Below are positions 24,765-39,156 of a DNA stretch of 64,000 bases, piece after piece. The stretch is from NCBI RefSeq assembly GCF_044704955.1, contig NW_027252668.1, positions 11,904,001-11,968,000 on the forward strand. The letters are read 5' to 3'. Position 1 is the stretch's first letter, and each line of letters starts with the position of its first letter. The notes under the pieces were generated by a model. The model worked only from the letters and a program-made list of their open reading frames with translations, searched no databases and was not told the DNA's origin. The position numbers were made by a program, and so were the translations under genes. Source of the DNA: Pristiophorus japonicus (taxonomy: Eukaryota).

Positions 24765-27700
24765 ATAAGAACATAAGAATAGGCCATCTAGCTCCTCCAG
24801 CCTGATCCGCCACTCAACAAGATCATGGCAGATCTGGCCGTGGACTCAGCTCCACTGACCCGCCCGCTCCCAGTAACCATTAATTCTGTTATTGGTAAAA
24901 AATGTATCTATCTGTGATTTGAATACATTCAATGAGCTAGCCTCAACTGCTTCCTTGGGCAGAGAATTCCACACATTCAGAACACTCTGGGAGAAAAAAT
25001 TCCTTTTCAACTCGGTTTAAAATTGGTCCCCTAGTTCTCGTCTCCCCGCCCAGTGGAAACAACCTCTCTGCCTCTATCTTGTCTATCCCTTTCATTATTT
25101 GAAATGTTGCTTTCAGATCACCCCTCCTCCTTCTGAACTCAAACGAGTAAAGACCCAGTCTACTCAATCTATCATAATAAGGTAACCCCCTCATCTCCTG
25201 AATCAACCTAGTGAATCGTGTCTCTATCCCCTTCGAAGCTAGTATCTCATTCCTAAAGAAAGGTGATAAAAAATGGACGCAGTACTCCAGGTGCGGCCTC
25301 ACCAATACCCTGTACAGTTGCAGCAGGACCTCCCTGCTTTTGTACTCCATCCCTCTCGCAATTAATGCCAACATTCCATTCGCCTCCCTGATTACTTGCT
25401 GCACCTGCAAACTAACACTTTGGGATTCATGCACAAGGATCCCCAGGATCCTCTGCACATCAGCATGTTGTAATGTCTCCCCATTCAAATAACATTCCTT
25501 TTTACTGTTTTTTTTTCCCCAAGGTGGAAGACCTCACATTTCCCGACCTTGTATTCCATCTGCCAAACCATTGCCCATTCGCTTAACCGATCTAAATCTC
25601 TTTGCAGCCTCTCTGTTTCCTGCGCACAATCCGCTTTTCCACTAATCTTTGTGTCATCTGCAAATTTTGTTACACGACACTCTGTCCCCTCTTCCAGGTC
25701 ATCTATGTATATTGTAAACAGTTGTGGTCCAAAAACCGATCCCTGCGGCACACCACTAAACACCGATTTCCAACCCGAAAAGGACCCATTTATCCCGACT
25801 CTCTGCTTTCTGTTAGCTTGCCAATCCTCTATCCATGCTAATACATTTCCTATGACTCCGCGTAACTTTATCTTCTGCAGTAACCTTTTGTGTGGCACCT
25901 TATCGAAAGACTTTTGGAAATCTAAATACACCATATCCATCGGTACACCTCTATCGAACATGCTCGTTATATCCTCAAAGAATTCCAGTAAATTATTTAA
26001 ACATGCTTTCCCCTTCCTGAATCCATGTTGCGTCTGCTTGATTGTACTATTCCTATCTAGATGACCCGCTATTTCTTCCTTAATGATAGCTTCAAGCATT
26101 TTCCCCACTACAGATGTTAAACTAACCGGCTTATAGTTACCTGCCTTTTGTCCGCCCTCTTTTTTAAACAGAGGCGTTACATTTGCTGCTTTTTAATTCT
26201 CTGGTACCTCCCCAGAGTCCAGAGAAATTTGGCAGATTATAACGAATGCATCTGCTCGAAAGTCTGCCATCTCTTTTAATACCCTGGGATGCATTTCACC
26301 AGGACCAGGGGACTTGTCTACCTTGAGTCCTATTAGCCTTTCCAGCACTACCCCACTCGTGATAGTGATTATGTCAAGGTCCTTCCTTCCCACATTCACG
26401 TGACCAGCAATTTTTGGCAAGGTTTTTGTATCTTCCACTGTGAAGACCGAAGCAAAATAATTGTTTGAGGTCTCAGCCATTTCCACATTTCCCATTATTA
26501 AATCCCCCTTCTCATCTTCTAATGGACCAACATTTACTTTCGTCACTCTTTTCCGTTTTATATTTCTGTAAAAGCTTTTACTAACTATTTTTATGTTTTG
26601 TGCAAGTTTACCTTCGTAATCTATCTTTCCTTTCTTTATTGCTTTCTTCGTCATTCTTTGCTGTCGTTTAAAATTTTCCCAATCTGCTAGTTTCCCACTA
26701 ACCTTGGCCACCTTATACGCATTGGTTTTTATTTTGATACTCTCCTTTATTTCCTTGGTTATCCATGGCTGGATATCCCTTCTCTTTCCGCCCTTCATTT
26801 TCACTGCAATATATTTTTGTTGAGCACTATGAAAAAGCTCCATAAATGTCCTCCACTGTTCTTCAATTGTGTCACCGTTTAGTCTGTGTTTCCAGTCTAC
26901 TTTAGCCAACTCTGCCCTCATCCCACTCCAGTCCCCTTTGGCTAAGCATAGTACGCTCCTTTGAGACACTACTTCCTCACCCTCAATACTGTATTACAAA
27001 TTCAACCATGCTGTGATCACTCATTCTGAGAGGATCTTTTACTGGGAGATCGTTTATTATTCCTGTCTCATTACACAGGACCAGATCTAAGATAGCTTGC
27101 TCCCTTGCATGTTCTGTAACATACTGTTCTATGAATTCCTCCTCAAGGCTACCCAGTGCGATTTGATTTGATCAATCGAGTGTAGGTTAAAATCCACCAT
27201 GATTACTGCCGTTCCTTTTTCACATGCCTCCATTATTCCCTTGGTTATTGCCCGCCCCACCATGAATCTATTATTTCGGGGGCCGATAAACTACGCCCAC
27301 CAGTGACTTTTTCCCCATACTATCTCTAATCTCCACCCACAATGATTCAAAATTTTTTTCATTGGAGCCAATATCGTCTCCCACAACTGCCCTGATATCA
27401 TCCTTTATTAACAGAGCTACCCCACCTCATTTCCCTTCTTGTCTATCTTTCTGAATTGTCAGATATCCTTGTATGTTTAATTCCCTGTCCTGGCCAACCT
27501 GCAACGTTTCTGTAATGGCCACCAAATCATACCCATTTATGATGATTTGTGCCTTCAACTCATTTACTTTATTTCGAATGCTGCGTGCGGTTAGGTAGAG
27601 TGTTTTAATACGAGTTTTTAAACCATGATTTTTAGTTTTGACCCCTCCTGCAGCCCCTTTATATTCATGCATATTGTCCCTTCCTATCACCTTGTCGTTT

Positions 27701-27895
27701 ATACTTACCCCAGTGCTAGTCTGCTCTGTTGCCTCCTGCTTTTTGCATTTTTTCTTGGGGTCCTGTGACCTGAGCTCTCACCCACTCTAACTAGCTCAGA
27801 GCCCTCTCCTGGCTTCCGAATACTCCTTGCATTGCGGCACCGAGATTTCATGCTTGCCTTTTTATTACACTTTGACCCTTAAAATGTTGCTGTAC
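24765..27895 (-). mobile_element. CR1 (second subfamily, TTCTTATG tail), nearly whole ORF2, inserted between the Ile and Arg tRNAs
   Basis: ORFs 27427-27690 (APE start), 26193-26969, 25485-26108 (FADD) and 24943-25488. Tail reads ATAAGAACATAAGAA on + at 24765. Confidence 0.93.
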
Positions 27896-27918
27896 ATTTG
27901 TCTGCTGCAAACTGCAGG

Positions 27919-28006
27919 TGCCACGTCACTTAATGGATAAGGCATCAACTGTGATGCAAACACTGATGTAATCAGAAAATTGCAAGGTCAAACTCTGCCG
28001 TGGTCA
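27919..28006 (+). tRNA. tRNA-Arg(TCG)-derived pseudogene with intron
   Basis: GCCACGTCACTTAATGGATAAGGCATCAACTGTGA-[TGCAAACACTGATGTA]-ATCAGAAAATTGCAAGG...GCCGTGGTCA, then TTTT. Confidence 0.78.
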
Positions 28007-28302
28007 TTTTGTCAAAACTTGTTCATCTTTATAAAACCAAACCACGTTCGCACTCATTAACTAAAGGTGAGTTCCTCCCAAACAGTGCACTGATCTTGAT
28101 TAAAAGGCATTTCTTCATGCAGGGTATATTGCTCACTAATTTTTAGAGATAGTTTCCAACAAACCAACAATTATACTATTCATGTTTCCAGTTCGAGCAA
28201 CAGCTTCGCGTCAATCAGCGTAATAAAGAGCAGTGGAGGGAATTGAGATCAGATTCCAATGAGATCCCCTTGAGTCGATAAAAAAAAGAGCACTTGCAGA
28301 GT

Positions 28303-28385
28303 CGCTGCGTGCAGGGTTCGACCCTGCGCAGGAAAAACCCCATTAGATTTCGAGTCCAACGCCTTAACCACTCGGCCATCGCAGC
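28303..28385 (-). tRNA. tRNA-Ser(CGA), near intact
   Basis: GCTGCGATGGCCGAGTGGTTAAGGCGTTGGACTCGAAATCTAATGGGG...GCAGGGTCGAACCCTGCACGCAGCG. T54>G and a 7:66 mismatch; T-run terminator downstream. Confidence 0.92.
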
Positions 28386-29349
28386 TACACAGTAGAGCTG
28401 CTTTAATAGTCGAATCGTTGGTACAATTTATCAGAGAGACCGCCTGCATGCTTGCACTATTGAATCTCCCAGACGATGTGAAAATTAAATCGTAGAATCA
28501 CAGAATCTTACAGCAAAGAAGAAAATTTCGGTCAGAACAGAAAGAATTTACATTCCGGGAAAAACTGAACAGTCTGGAGAGCTTCTTTCTCGAAAAAGAA
28601 GTGAGATATATTTTTAACATGATGAAGGTATTTGATCGAGTTGATGTGGAGAAAATGTTTGCTATTGTGCAGGAGTTCAGAACGGGAGCTCACTGATAAA
28701 TTCAGCAGACAATTCAAGAGCAACTTATTTACCAAAGAGTGGTAAGAATGTGGAAGATGCTACAAGAGCAGTATTTGAAGCGAATAGCACAGATTCATTT
28801 TAAAGGGATTACCTAAGCACATGACTGAGAAAGCAATAGAACAATATGCTGATAGAATCAAGTGAAGTAGGGTAGTTTGCAGCATTAACTCTAGCATCAC
28901 CAGTTAGGTGCAATTGTCTGTTTCTGTGATGCAATCTCTACATAACGTTATGTAACACACATGTTAAACAACAACAACTTATGCATAATTAGCACCTTGA
29001 AATTTGCGAAACGTCCAAGGCGCTTCACAAGAGTACTATGCGATACAAATTTGACACCGAGCCACTAAATACAAATTAGCGCAGGTGACTAAAGGATTGG
29101 TCAACCAGGTATGCTTGATAATGAGGAAGAAAGCTGTACATTGCAGGAAGATATCAAAGAACTGGTCAGGGGTGCAATGGAATTCATCCCGGAGAAGTGT
29201 TAGATAATGCAGTTGGGGAGTGCTTATAGGTAAAGCGAATAAACATTAAATGTTAGGACACTAATAAGTGTAGAGGTGCAAATGGCCTTGGAGTGCATGT
29301 CCACAGAATCCTTGACGGTAGCAGGGCAGGTAGATAAGATGCTTGTGAA

Positions 29350-32300
29350 GTATAGACAGAAAGGAAAAGGAGGTGGGCTGGCGTTGCTGGTTAAAGAGGA
29401 AATTAATGCAATAATAAGGAGGGACATTAGCTTGGATGATTTGGAAGCAGTATGGGGGGAGCTGCAGAATACCAAATGGCAGAAAACGCTAGTGGGAATT
29501 GTGTGCAGACCTCCAAACAGTAGTAGTGAGGTTGGGGACAGCATCAAACAAGTAATAAGGGATGTGTGCAATAAAGGTACAGCAGTTACCATGGGCGACT
29601 TTAATCTATATATTGATTGAGCTGACCAAACTGGTAGCAATGCCGTGGAGGACGATTTCCTGGAGTATATTAGGGATGGTGTTCCAGACCAATATGTCGA
29701 GGAACCACCAAGAGAGCTGGCCATCGTAGACCAGGTGATGTGTAATGAGAAGGGACTAATTGGCAATCTTGTTGTGCGAGGACCCTTGGGGAAGAGTGAC
29801 CATAACATGGTAGAATTCTTTATAAGATGGAGAGTGACACAGTTAATTCAGAAAGTAGGGACCTGAACTTTATGAAAGGTAATTTCGATGGTATGAGGCG
29901 TGAATAGAATAGAATAGACTCTCAAATGATACTTAAAAGGTTGATGGTGGATAGGAATTGGCAAACATTTAAAGATCACATGGATGAACTTCAACAATTG
30001 TACATCACTGTCTGCAGTCAAAATTAAACGGGGAAGATGGCTCAACCGTGGCTAACAAGGGAAATTAAGGATAGCGTTAAATCCAAGGAAGAGTTATATA
30101 AATTGACCAGAAAAAGCAGGAAACCTGAGGACTGGGAGAAATTTAGATTTCAGCCAAGGAGGACTAAGGATTTCGTTAAGAGGGGGAACAAAGATTACGA
30201 GACGAAGCGTGCCAGAAGCATAACAAATGACTGCCAAAGCTTCTATATATATGTGAAGAGAAAAACATTAGTGAAGTCAAATGTAGGTCCCTTGCAGTCG
30301 GATTCATGTGAATTTATAATGGGGAACAAAGAAAAGGCAGACTAATTGAACAAATACTTTGGTTCTGTCTTCACGACGGAAGACACAAATAACCTTCTCG
30401 ATGTACTAGGGGACCGAGGGTCTAGAGCGAAGGAGAAACTGAAGGATATGCTGATTAGATGGGAAATTGTGTTGGGGAAATTGATGGGATTGAAGGCTGA
30501 TAAATCCCCGGGACCTGATAATCTGCATCCCAGAAAACTGAAGGAAGCGTCCCGAGAAATAGTGGATGCATTCGTGAACATTTCCCAAGAGTCTATCGAT
30601 TCTGGATCAGGTCATGGACTGGAGGGTTGGTAATGTAACACCACTTTTTAAAACAAGTGGGAGAGAGAAAATGGGTAATTATAGATCGGTTAGCCTGACA
30701 TCAGTCGTGGGGAAAATGTTGGAATCAATTATTAAATATGAAATCGCTGCGCATTTGGAAAGCAGTGACAGGGTCGGTCCAAGACAGCATGGATTATGAA
30801 GTGAAAATCAAGCATGACGAATCTTCCAGAATTGTCTGAATATGTAACTTGCAGAGTGGACAAGGGAAAACCAATGGATGTGGTGTTTTTGGACTTTCAA
30901 AAGGCTTTAGATAAGTTCCCACACAAGAGACTTGTGTGCAAAATCAAAGCACATGGTATTGGGGGTAATGTACTTACGTGGATAGAAACAGAGAAACAAA
31001 GAAAATAGGTGCAGGTGTAGGCCATTCGGCCATTCGAGCCTACACTGGCATTCAATCAGATCATGGCTGACCATTCCTTCAGTACCGCTGTCCTGCTGTC
31101 TCTCCATACCCCTTGATCTCCTTAACAGTAAGGGCCATATCTAACTCCCTCTTGAATATATCCAATGAACTGGCATCAACAACTCTCTGCGGCAGGGAAT
31201 TCCACAGGTCAACAATTCTCTGAGTGAAGAAGTTTCTCCTCATCTCAGTCGTAAATGGCCTGCCCCTTATCCTAAGACTATCTCCCCTGGTTCTGGACTT
31301 CCCCAATATCGAGAACATTCTTCCCGCATTTAACCTGTCCAGACCTGTCAGAATCTTATATGTTTCTATGAGATCCACTCTCATCCTTCTAAACTCCAGT
31401 GAATAAAGGCCCAGTTGATCCAGTCTCTCCTCATATGACAGCCCAGCCATCCCTGGAATCAGTCTTGTGAACATTCGCTGCACTCCCTCAATAGCAAGAA
31501 CGTCCGTCCTCAGACTCGGAGACCAAAACTTAACACAATATTCCAGTTGAGGCGTCATTAAGCCCTGTATAACTGCAGTAAGACCTCCCTGCTCCTATAT
31601 TCAAATCCCCTAGCTACGAAAGCCAACATACCATTTGCCTTCTTTACCACCTGCTGTAAATGCATGCCCACTTTCAGTCATTGATGAACCATGACACTCA
31701 GGTCTCGCTGCACTCCCATTTTTCTAGTCTGCCACCATTCAGATAATATTTTGCCTTCGTGTTTTTGCCCCCATTTATACAGATTATACTGCATCTGCCA
31801 TGTATTTGCCCACTCACCTTATCTGTCCACGTCACCCTGCAACCTCTTAGCGTCTTCCTCACAACTCACACCGCCACCCAGTTTAGTGCCATCCACAAAC
31901 TTGGAGATATTACATTCTATCCCCTTATCCAAATCGTTAATGTATATTGTAAAGAACTGGGGTCCCAGCACTGAGCCCTGCGGCACTCCCCTAGTCACTG
32001 CCTGCCATTCTGAAAAAGGACCCGTTTATCCCGACTCTCTGCTTCCTGTCTGCCAACCAGATCTCTATCTACGTCAGTACATACCACCAATACCATGCGT
32101 TTTGATTTTATATAACAATCTCTTGTGCGGGACCTCGTCAACAGCCTTTTGAAAGCCCCAAAACACCACATCCACTGGTTCTCCTTGTGCACTCTACTAG
32201 TTACATCCTCAAAAAATTTCAGAAGACTCGTCAAGCACGATTTCCCTTTCATAAATCTATGCTGACTCGGTCCGATCCTGTCACTGCTTTCCAAATGGGC

Positions 32301-33782
32301 ACATTAATGATTGATTCCAACATTTTCCCCATTACGGATGTCAGGCTAACCGGTCTATAATTACCCGCTTTGTCTCTCCCTCCATTTTTAAAAAGTGGCG
32401 TTACATTAGCTACCCTCCAGTACATAGGAACTGATCCAGAGTCGATAGATTGTTGGAAAATGATCACCAATGCATCTACTATTTCTCGGGCCACTTCCTT
32501 AAGTACTCTAACATGCAGAATATCAGGACTCGGGGATTTATCGGCGTTTAATCCCATCAACTTCCCTAACACAATTTCCCACCTAATAAGGATATCTTTC
32601 AGTTCCTTATTCTCACTAGACCCACTGTCCCCTAGTACATTCGGAAGGTGATCTGTATCTTCCTTTGTGAAGACAGAACCGAAGTGTCGAGAACTGGTTG
32701 GCAGACAGGAAGTAGAGAGTGGGGATAAACGGGTCCTTTTCAGAATGGCCGGCAGTGACTAGTGGAGTGCCTCAGCGCTCAGTGCTGGGACCCCAGCTCT
32801 TCACAGAATATATTAATGATTCAGATGAAGGAATTGAGTGTAATATCTCCAGGTTTGCAGATGAAACTAAATTAGCTGGCGGTGTGAGCCGTGAGGAGGA
32901 CGCTAAGTGGCTGCAGGCTGAGTTGGACAGGTTAGGTGAGTTGGCAAATAAATGGCAGATGCAGTATAATGTTGATAAATGTGCGATTAACCACTTTGAT
33001 GGCAAAACAACGAAGGCAGAATATTATATGCATGGTGGCAGATTAGGAAAAGGTGAGGTGTAACGAGACATGGGTGTCATGATTCATCAGTCATTGAAAG
33101 TTGGCATGCAGGTACAGCAGGCTGTGAAGAAGGCAAATGGTATTTTGGCCTTCATATCTAGGGGATTTGAGTATAGGAGCAGGGTCGTCTTACTGCAGTT
33201 GTAAAGGGCATGGGTGAGACCTCACCTGGAATATTGTGTTCTGTTTTATTCTCCTAATCTGAGGAAGGAAGTTCTTGCTATTGATGGAGTGCAGCGAAGT
33301 TTCACCAGACTGATTCAAGGGATGGCTAGACTGACATATGAAAAGAGACTGCATCAACTGGGTCATTATACACTGGAGTTTAGAAGGATGAAAGGGTATC
33401 TTGTAGAAAGATATAAGATTCCGACGGGACTGGACAGGTTAGATGCGGGAAGAATGTTCAAAATGTTGGGAAAGTCCAGAACCAGGGGACACAGTCTTAG
33501 GATAAGGGGTAGGCCATTTAGAACGAAGATGAGGAGAAACATCTTCACTCAAAGAGTTGTTAACCTGTGGAATTCCCTGCTGCAAAGAGTTGTTGATGCC
33601 AATTCATTGGATATATGCAACAGGGAGTTATTGTGGCCCTTATGGCTACAAGGATCAAGAGGTAGGGAGGAAACAGGAAAGCGGTACTGAGGGAATGATC
33701 AGCCATGATCTTATTCAGTGGTGGTGCAGGCTCGAAGTGTCGAATTGCGTAATGCTGAATCTATTTTCGATGTTTCTATGTT
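29350..33782 (+). mobile_element. CR1 (APE to 3' tail) interrupted by a nested antisense CR1
   Basis: ORF2 fragments at 29350-30986 resume at 32689 (TGGATAGA...GAACTGG) and end in TTTCGATGTTTCTATGTT. Confidence 0.92.
30987..32688 (-). mobile_element. 5'-truncated CR1 nested antisense
   Basis: Tail reads AGAAACAGAGAAACAAAGAAAATAGG on + at ~30985. RT ORFs at 31079-31558, 31995-32294 and 32249-32572. Confidence 0.92.
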
Positions 33783-34499
33783 CAGAAGCAACACGCAATA
33801 CTTGCCTTCATGAGATGAGCCATAGAATATAAGATCGGGGAAGTTATGCTTCAAATGTGTAAAACTCTAGTTGGGCCACCGCTAGATTATTGCATGCTTC
33901 TCTGGTCACCGCATTACAGGAATGATCAGACAGCACTCGTGAGCATACAGGTTAGATTTAGGCGGATGGTGAATTTAGCTCTGAGTAAATATTGCATCGG
34001 CTGGGTTTGTTTTCTTTGGAACAGAGGAGGCTAAGGGGGTCCGTATTGAAGTGAATAAAATTATCAGTGGCCTTGATCGAGTGCAGAGAAAGGATCTATT
34101 TGCCTAAGCAGAGTGGCCAACAACCAGGCGTCATAGATTTAAAGTAATTGGTAGGAGGTTTTCCGGAATTTGAGGTGCACTGTTTTCACCCAGGAGTGGT
34201 GAGAGTCTGGAACCCACTCCTGAAAGTGATTTAGAGACAGAAGTCCTCACCACTTTTAAAAGTCCTTGAATGTGCACATCAATTCCAGTAACCTAAAAGG
34301 CTATGGATCAAGAGCTGGAAAGTGGCATTAGTCTAGCTAGCTCGGATTTTAGTCGGAATTTAGGTCATGATCCGGTGTTTCGTCGGCACCTCAGTGCATT
34401 TTGCAGCAAATCAAAACTTCCGAGAAGGGAAACTGCGTTCCCTGCAATTCCTGCTACACAGCTGGCTTCAATCCCACCCACTTTTCCATTGAGTTCTCT

Positions 34500-34858
34500 T
34501 AGAACCTGCGTCTATTACACAGGAACAAGAGCAAGCCATCGAACATGTTACAGAAGGATAGTAGGATTCGATTAGTCCCTCGAGCCAGTTGCAAAGGACA
34601 AGAGGAAATAATTCAGATCCTTGGGCTTTTTATACAAGAATAGTAGAACGCCTTCGGCCGCTCGTACCTGCTGCATAGATGTCGAGGAGGCACCCTTTCC
34701 TGTTACACAGAATTAGCTGGAGGCCATTCAGCCGCACTGCACTGTTGCACAGGGAAATGAGGAGGCCATTAACGCCTCAAATCTGTGCCTTCGGAGAGGC
34801 AGAAGCCCATCAGTTCCTTGAGCTTGCTCTACAAGAGCTGTATAAGTCCATTTAGATA
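34500..34858. repeat. Degenerate ~40-bp tandem array (CCTGTTACACAGGAACAGGAGGAGGCCATTCAGCCCCTCGAG); continues at 37670-37850 after a CR1 insertion
   Basis: Repeated GGAGGCCATT..CCCTCGAG..CTGTT words. Sister arrays at 38550-38670, 39290-39690, 45570-45900, 50480-50850 and 52300-52710. Confidence 0.75.
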
Positions 34859-37520
34859 CTAGAACATAGAAACATAGAAAACGGGAGTAGTAATAGTCCA
34901 TTCGGCCCTTCGAGTCTGCACCACCATTTAATATGATCATTCCTAATCCTCTATCTCAATACCATATTCACGCTTTTCACCCATATCAGTTAATGTGTTT
35001 TGTGTCTAGAAATCTATCTCCCTCTTAAATATATTCAGTGACTCAGCATTCACAGCCTTCTGTGGAAGGAAATTCCACAGCTGCACCACTCTCTGAATGA
35101 AAAAAAATCTCACCTTCTCCTTCCTAAAGTTCCTACCCCGTATCCTGAGACTGTGACCCTTTGTTATAAACGTCCCAATCAGGTGAATCATCTTCCCCGC
35201 ATCCAGTCTATTCAACCCTTTCAGAATGGTATACGTTTCAATGAGATCCTCTCTCATTCTTCTAAACTCTACAGAATACAGGCCAAGTCGACCCAATCTC
35301 TGCTGATACGTCAGTCCTGCCATCCCAATAATCCATCTGGTGAACCTTCGCTGCACTCCCTCTATGGCAAGTATATACTTTCTTGGGTAACGAAAGCAAC
35401 ACTGCACACAATACTCCAGGCGCGGTCTCACCAAGGCCCTGTAGAACTGTAATAACACATCTTTTCTCATTTACTCACATCCTCTTTTGAATGAAGGCCA
35501 ACATAACATCTGCCTTCCTAACTGCTTGCAGCACCTGCATGTATGCTTTCAATAGACTATTTTGCAAGGACACCAGGTCCCTCTGCCCATCGATCCTGTT
35601 TCCTGTCCATTAAACAATTTTCAATCCATGCTAGTATATTACCCCCAATCATATATGCTTTAATTTTGCACACTACATCTTACATGGGACTTTATCAGAG
35701 GCCTTCTAAAAATCCAAATACACTATATCCACTGGTTCTCCCTTTACTTTTCGATCAGCTACATCCTCAAAAACTCGAGTAGGTTGTCAATCATGATTTT
35801 CATTTCATGAATTCATGTTGACTTTGTCTAATCCCTTTGGCATTATCTATGTGTTCCGTTATAATATCCTTTACTATAGATTCTCGCATATTTCCTTCAA
35901 CTGGTGTTCGGCTAACCAGTCTGTAGTTCCTTGTTTTCTCTCTCCCTCCATTTTTAAACAGTTGGGTTACATTTGCCACCGTGCAAACTGCAGGAACTGT
36001 TCCTTAATCTATAGATGTTAGGTAGTTGTCAACCAATGCATGCACTATTTCCATTGCAACCTCTTTTAGTACTCTGGGGTGCAGAAAATCAGGCCCTGGC
36101 GATTTATCGGCCTTCATTCCCATTAGATTCCTCAGCACTATTTTCTTACAAATAATCATGTCAGTTAATTCCTCTTGCTCACTAGACCTTTGGTTCACAA
36201 GCATTTTTGGGATGTTATTTATGTCCTCCGTGAAGACATAACGGAAGTATTTATTTAATTGTCCTGCCATTTCCTTGTTCCACATTATAAATTCCCCCGT
36301 TTCTGTCTGTAAATGCCTACATTTGTCTTCACTAATCTTTCCTTTTTACGAACTTGTAGAATCTACTGCAGCGGTTTTTATGTTCCTTGCAAATGCTCTC
36401 TTATACTCTATTTCTCGCCTGTCAATCAATCTCTTGGCACATTTTTGCTGAATTCTAATTGTTCCCCATCCTCAGACTTGTACTTTTTCTGGCAACTTTG
36501 TATAACTCTTCTTGAATCAAATACTATCCTTAATTTATTTTTTTAACCATGGTTGGGCCAGCATCCTTTTTTTTTACACCAGAAAGGAAAGTATAACTGC
36601 CGCAATTGATACATTCGTTCATGAAATGTTAGTCCTTGCCCATCCACCAACATGACGTTTATTGACTCTTCGCAATCTATCATACCACATGCAATAATTG
36701 ATTCCCCATGCATTCGTAGTTCCCTTTGCTTAGATTTAGGACCATAGATTCTGATTGGGCTACTTCACTTTCCATCTTAATAACGAGTTTAATCGAGTTA
36801 TTGCCACTCTTCGCTAAAGGACCCCAGACAACTTGACTTTTAATTAACCCCTTCTCATTATACGTGACCCAATCAAGGATATTATGTTCCCTAAGGCACC
36901 GCAAAATACTGGGCTAACAAAACAACTGGTACAAACGCCAGGAATTCATCGGCCACGTTATTATTACTTTAATTTATATGTAGTTGAAAGTCACCTTCGA
37001 TGATGGTAGTAACCTTGTTACATGCAGCTCTAATTTCTTGTTAATGTTATCCTTTACACTACCACAACTGTTTGGAGGCCGATGGGCAACTCACACCAAT
37101 CTTTTCTGGTCCTTCGTTCTCCTTCGTGCCATCCAACTGAATCTACATCTAGTCTTTCTGAGCCGAATACCTTTCTCATTATTGCGCTGATATCATCCTT
37201 TACAACAATACAACACAACCCGCTCTTCCTTTTTGCCTGTCCTTTCTAACTACCGAATATAATTTGATATTCAGTTCCCAACCTTGGTCATCGTGCAACC
37301 ACATATCTGTAATTGCAACGATATTGCAACTGTTTACATCTGTTTGCGCTGTTAATTCTTCTGTCTTATTACAGATCCTTCGTCCATTCAGATACAATGC
37401 TTTTGGATTTGTCTTTTTAACATTATTAGAGATCATCAAATGTTTTTGCACTGTAGCTCGATTTATCTTATCGCTTTTATTCTTGTCAGGATCCTATTTT
37501 TTAGTGCACTCTTTTGTTTG
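34859..37520 (-). mobile_element. Degraded CR1 ORF2 with tail
   Basis: AGAACATAGAAACATAGAAA tail at 34861; ORFs 35006-35470, 36004-36285 and 37200-37451. Confidence 0.9.
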
Positions 37521-37859
37521 AATACATGTCCCTTCTTGACATAATGTGGTTACATTAGAACAATCACTTTCCGGCATTGCTTCATTTTCATTTCTCTTTA
37601 GCAGTCTAGATTTCTCTGCATTGCGACCATCCTCCCCACCGCCTCCCCTCCCCCACTCTACTCTCCCCTTAATAGAAGTTGTTGCATAGGACGAGGCATT
37701 TCAGACACACAGACCTGTTATACAGGAACAGGTGCAGACTAATCAACCCCTAGAACCTGTTACATAGGATGCGGGGGATGACATTCCGTCCCTCAAACTA
37801 TTGCACAGGAACAGCCTGAGTCATTCAGCCCCTCTAGCACATTACACAGCCGGAGGCCT

Positions 37860-38220
37860 GCAGCACTGGACTCGTAATTCAGTGAGAGAAAATCACAGTC
37901 CACCAAGAGAATAGGACAATTTAAATTCAATTAAATACATCCAGAATTTTAAAAGTATTAATAATATTGACCATTGACGCAACACATCATCTCGTTCAAT
38001 AGTCTGCTTTAGTGAAGGAAATCTGCAGTCCTTACTGGTCTTGGCCCAATTGTGGCCTCAGATCCAGAGCAACGTGATTGGCTCTTTACGACCCTCTGAA
38101 AAGGCCTTGCGAGAAACTCATTTGCATAAGGTGGTTAACCATCACCTTCACAAGGGCAATTAGGGAAGTGCAATAAAGGCTGCTCCTGCGAGCATTGTCC
38201 ACATAATAGAATGAATAAAA
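37860..38220 (+). mobile_element. Old SINE-like element (copies at 45910-46295 and 50860-51200)
   Basis: Shared colinear blocks AATTTAAATTCAATT, GGAAA.CTGC.GTCCT, CCCTCTGAAA and AAGGGCAATTAG, with an A-rich end. Confidence 0.6.
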
Positions 38221-39065
38221 GAAACAATAGGATCTCGAGATTGTTACAAAGGAAAAAGAAGAACCGCAAGAGAGGTCAGAGAATGTGGAGTCTGGAGACA
38301 ACTAGATAAATGCATAGCTAGCTGGCTTTAAGACAGAAAGCAGAGAGTAGGGGTAAAAGTTAGCTTTTTAGAGTGGCAGAAGGTGGGTAGTGCTGTTCCA
38401 CAAGGATCGGTGCTGGGACCATTGTTGTTTACAATTTATATTAAAGACTTAGATCTCGGAATCAAAAACATAATTTCTCAATTTGCGGATGACGCCAAAT
38501 TAGTTGGATATTCAATACTGAGGATGACTGCAACAAATTCGGTCGCGGGAACCTGTTGCATAGATGAGGAGAAGGCAATGCCAAACCAACGAATCTGTTG
38601 CACAGAAATAGTAGGAGGCAATTGAGCCTCTCCAGACTGTTACACAAGAACAGGAGAAGGCAATTAACCGCTTGTTAGCGATGTCAACATGCTTGAATGA
38701 ATAAAATAAAAAAATAGATTGTTACTTGGTTACATGAAGAGTTGCAAAGTGGGATTAGGCGGGATAGCAATTTTCGGACGGTGCGGACACGCTTGGCCGA
38801 AGTGGCCTCCTTCCATGCTGAAAGGTTCTACGAGTCCATGACAAAACATCCCTTTCAAACAGAAACATGATGATTCGGGTCTGACAGGGCATCCGTTTTA
38901 GACGGCGGATATTGATCCAGTGGCGATTAAAGTTCATCGACCTGAAACGTTCATTCGGTTTCTCTCTCCGGAGATTCTGCCTCATCTGCTGAGTGTTTAC
39001 AGATTTTTTTTAGCTCAAATTACGCATCGACACTATTTTACTTTTGTATTGATGCACAATTTGGC

Positions 39066-39156
39066 GACTCTGCGGCGCAATGGATAGCACGTTGTTTTTC
39101 TAATTCTTGGCAAAGTAAACATTCAAAGTTTTTGGGCTCGACTCCCACCAGAGTCA
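39066..39156 (+). tRNA. tRNA-Arg(TCT) pseudogene with 18-nt intron
   Basis: GACTCTGCGGCGCAATGGATAGC...TTCTA-[ATTCTTGGCAAAGTAAAC]-ATTCAAAG...TCGACTCCCACCAGAGTCA. Confidence 0.85.
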
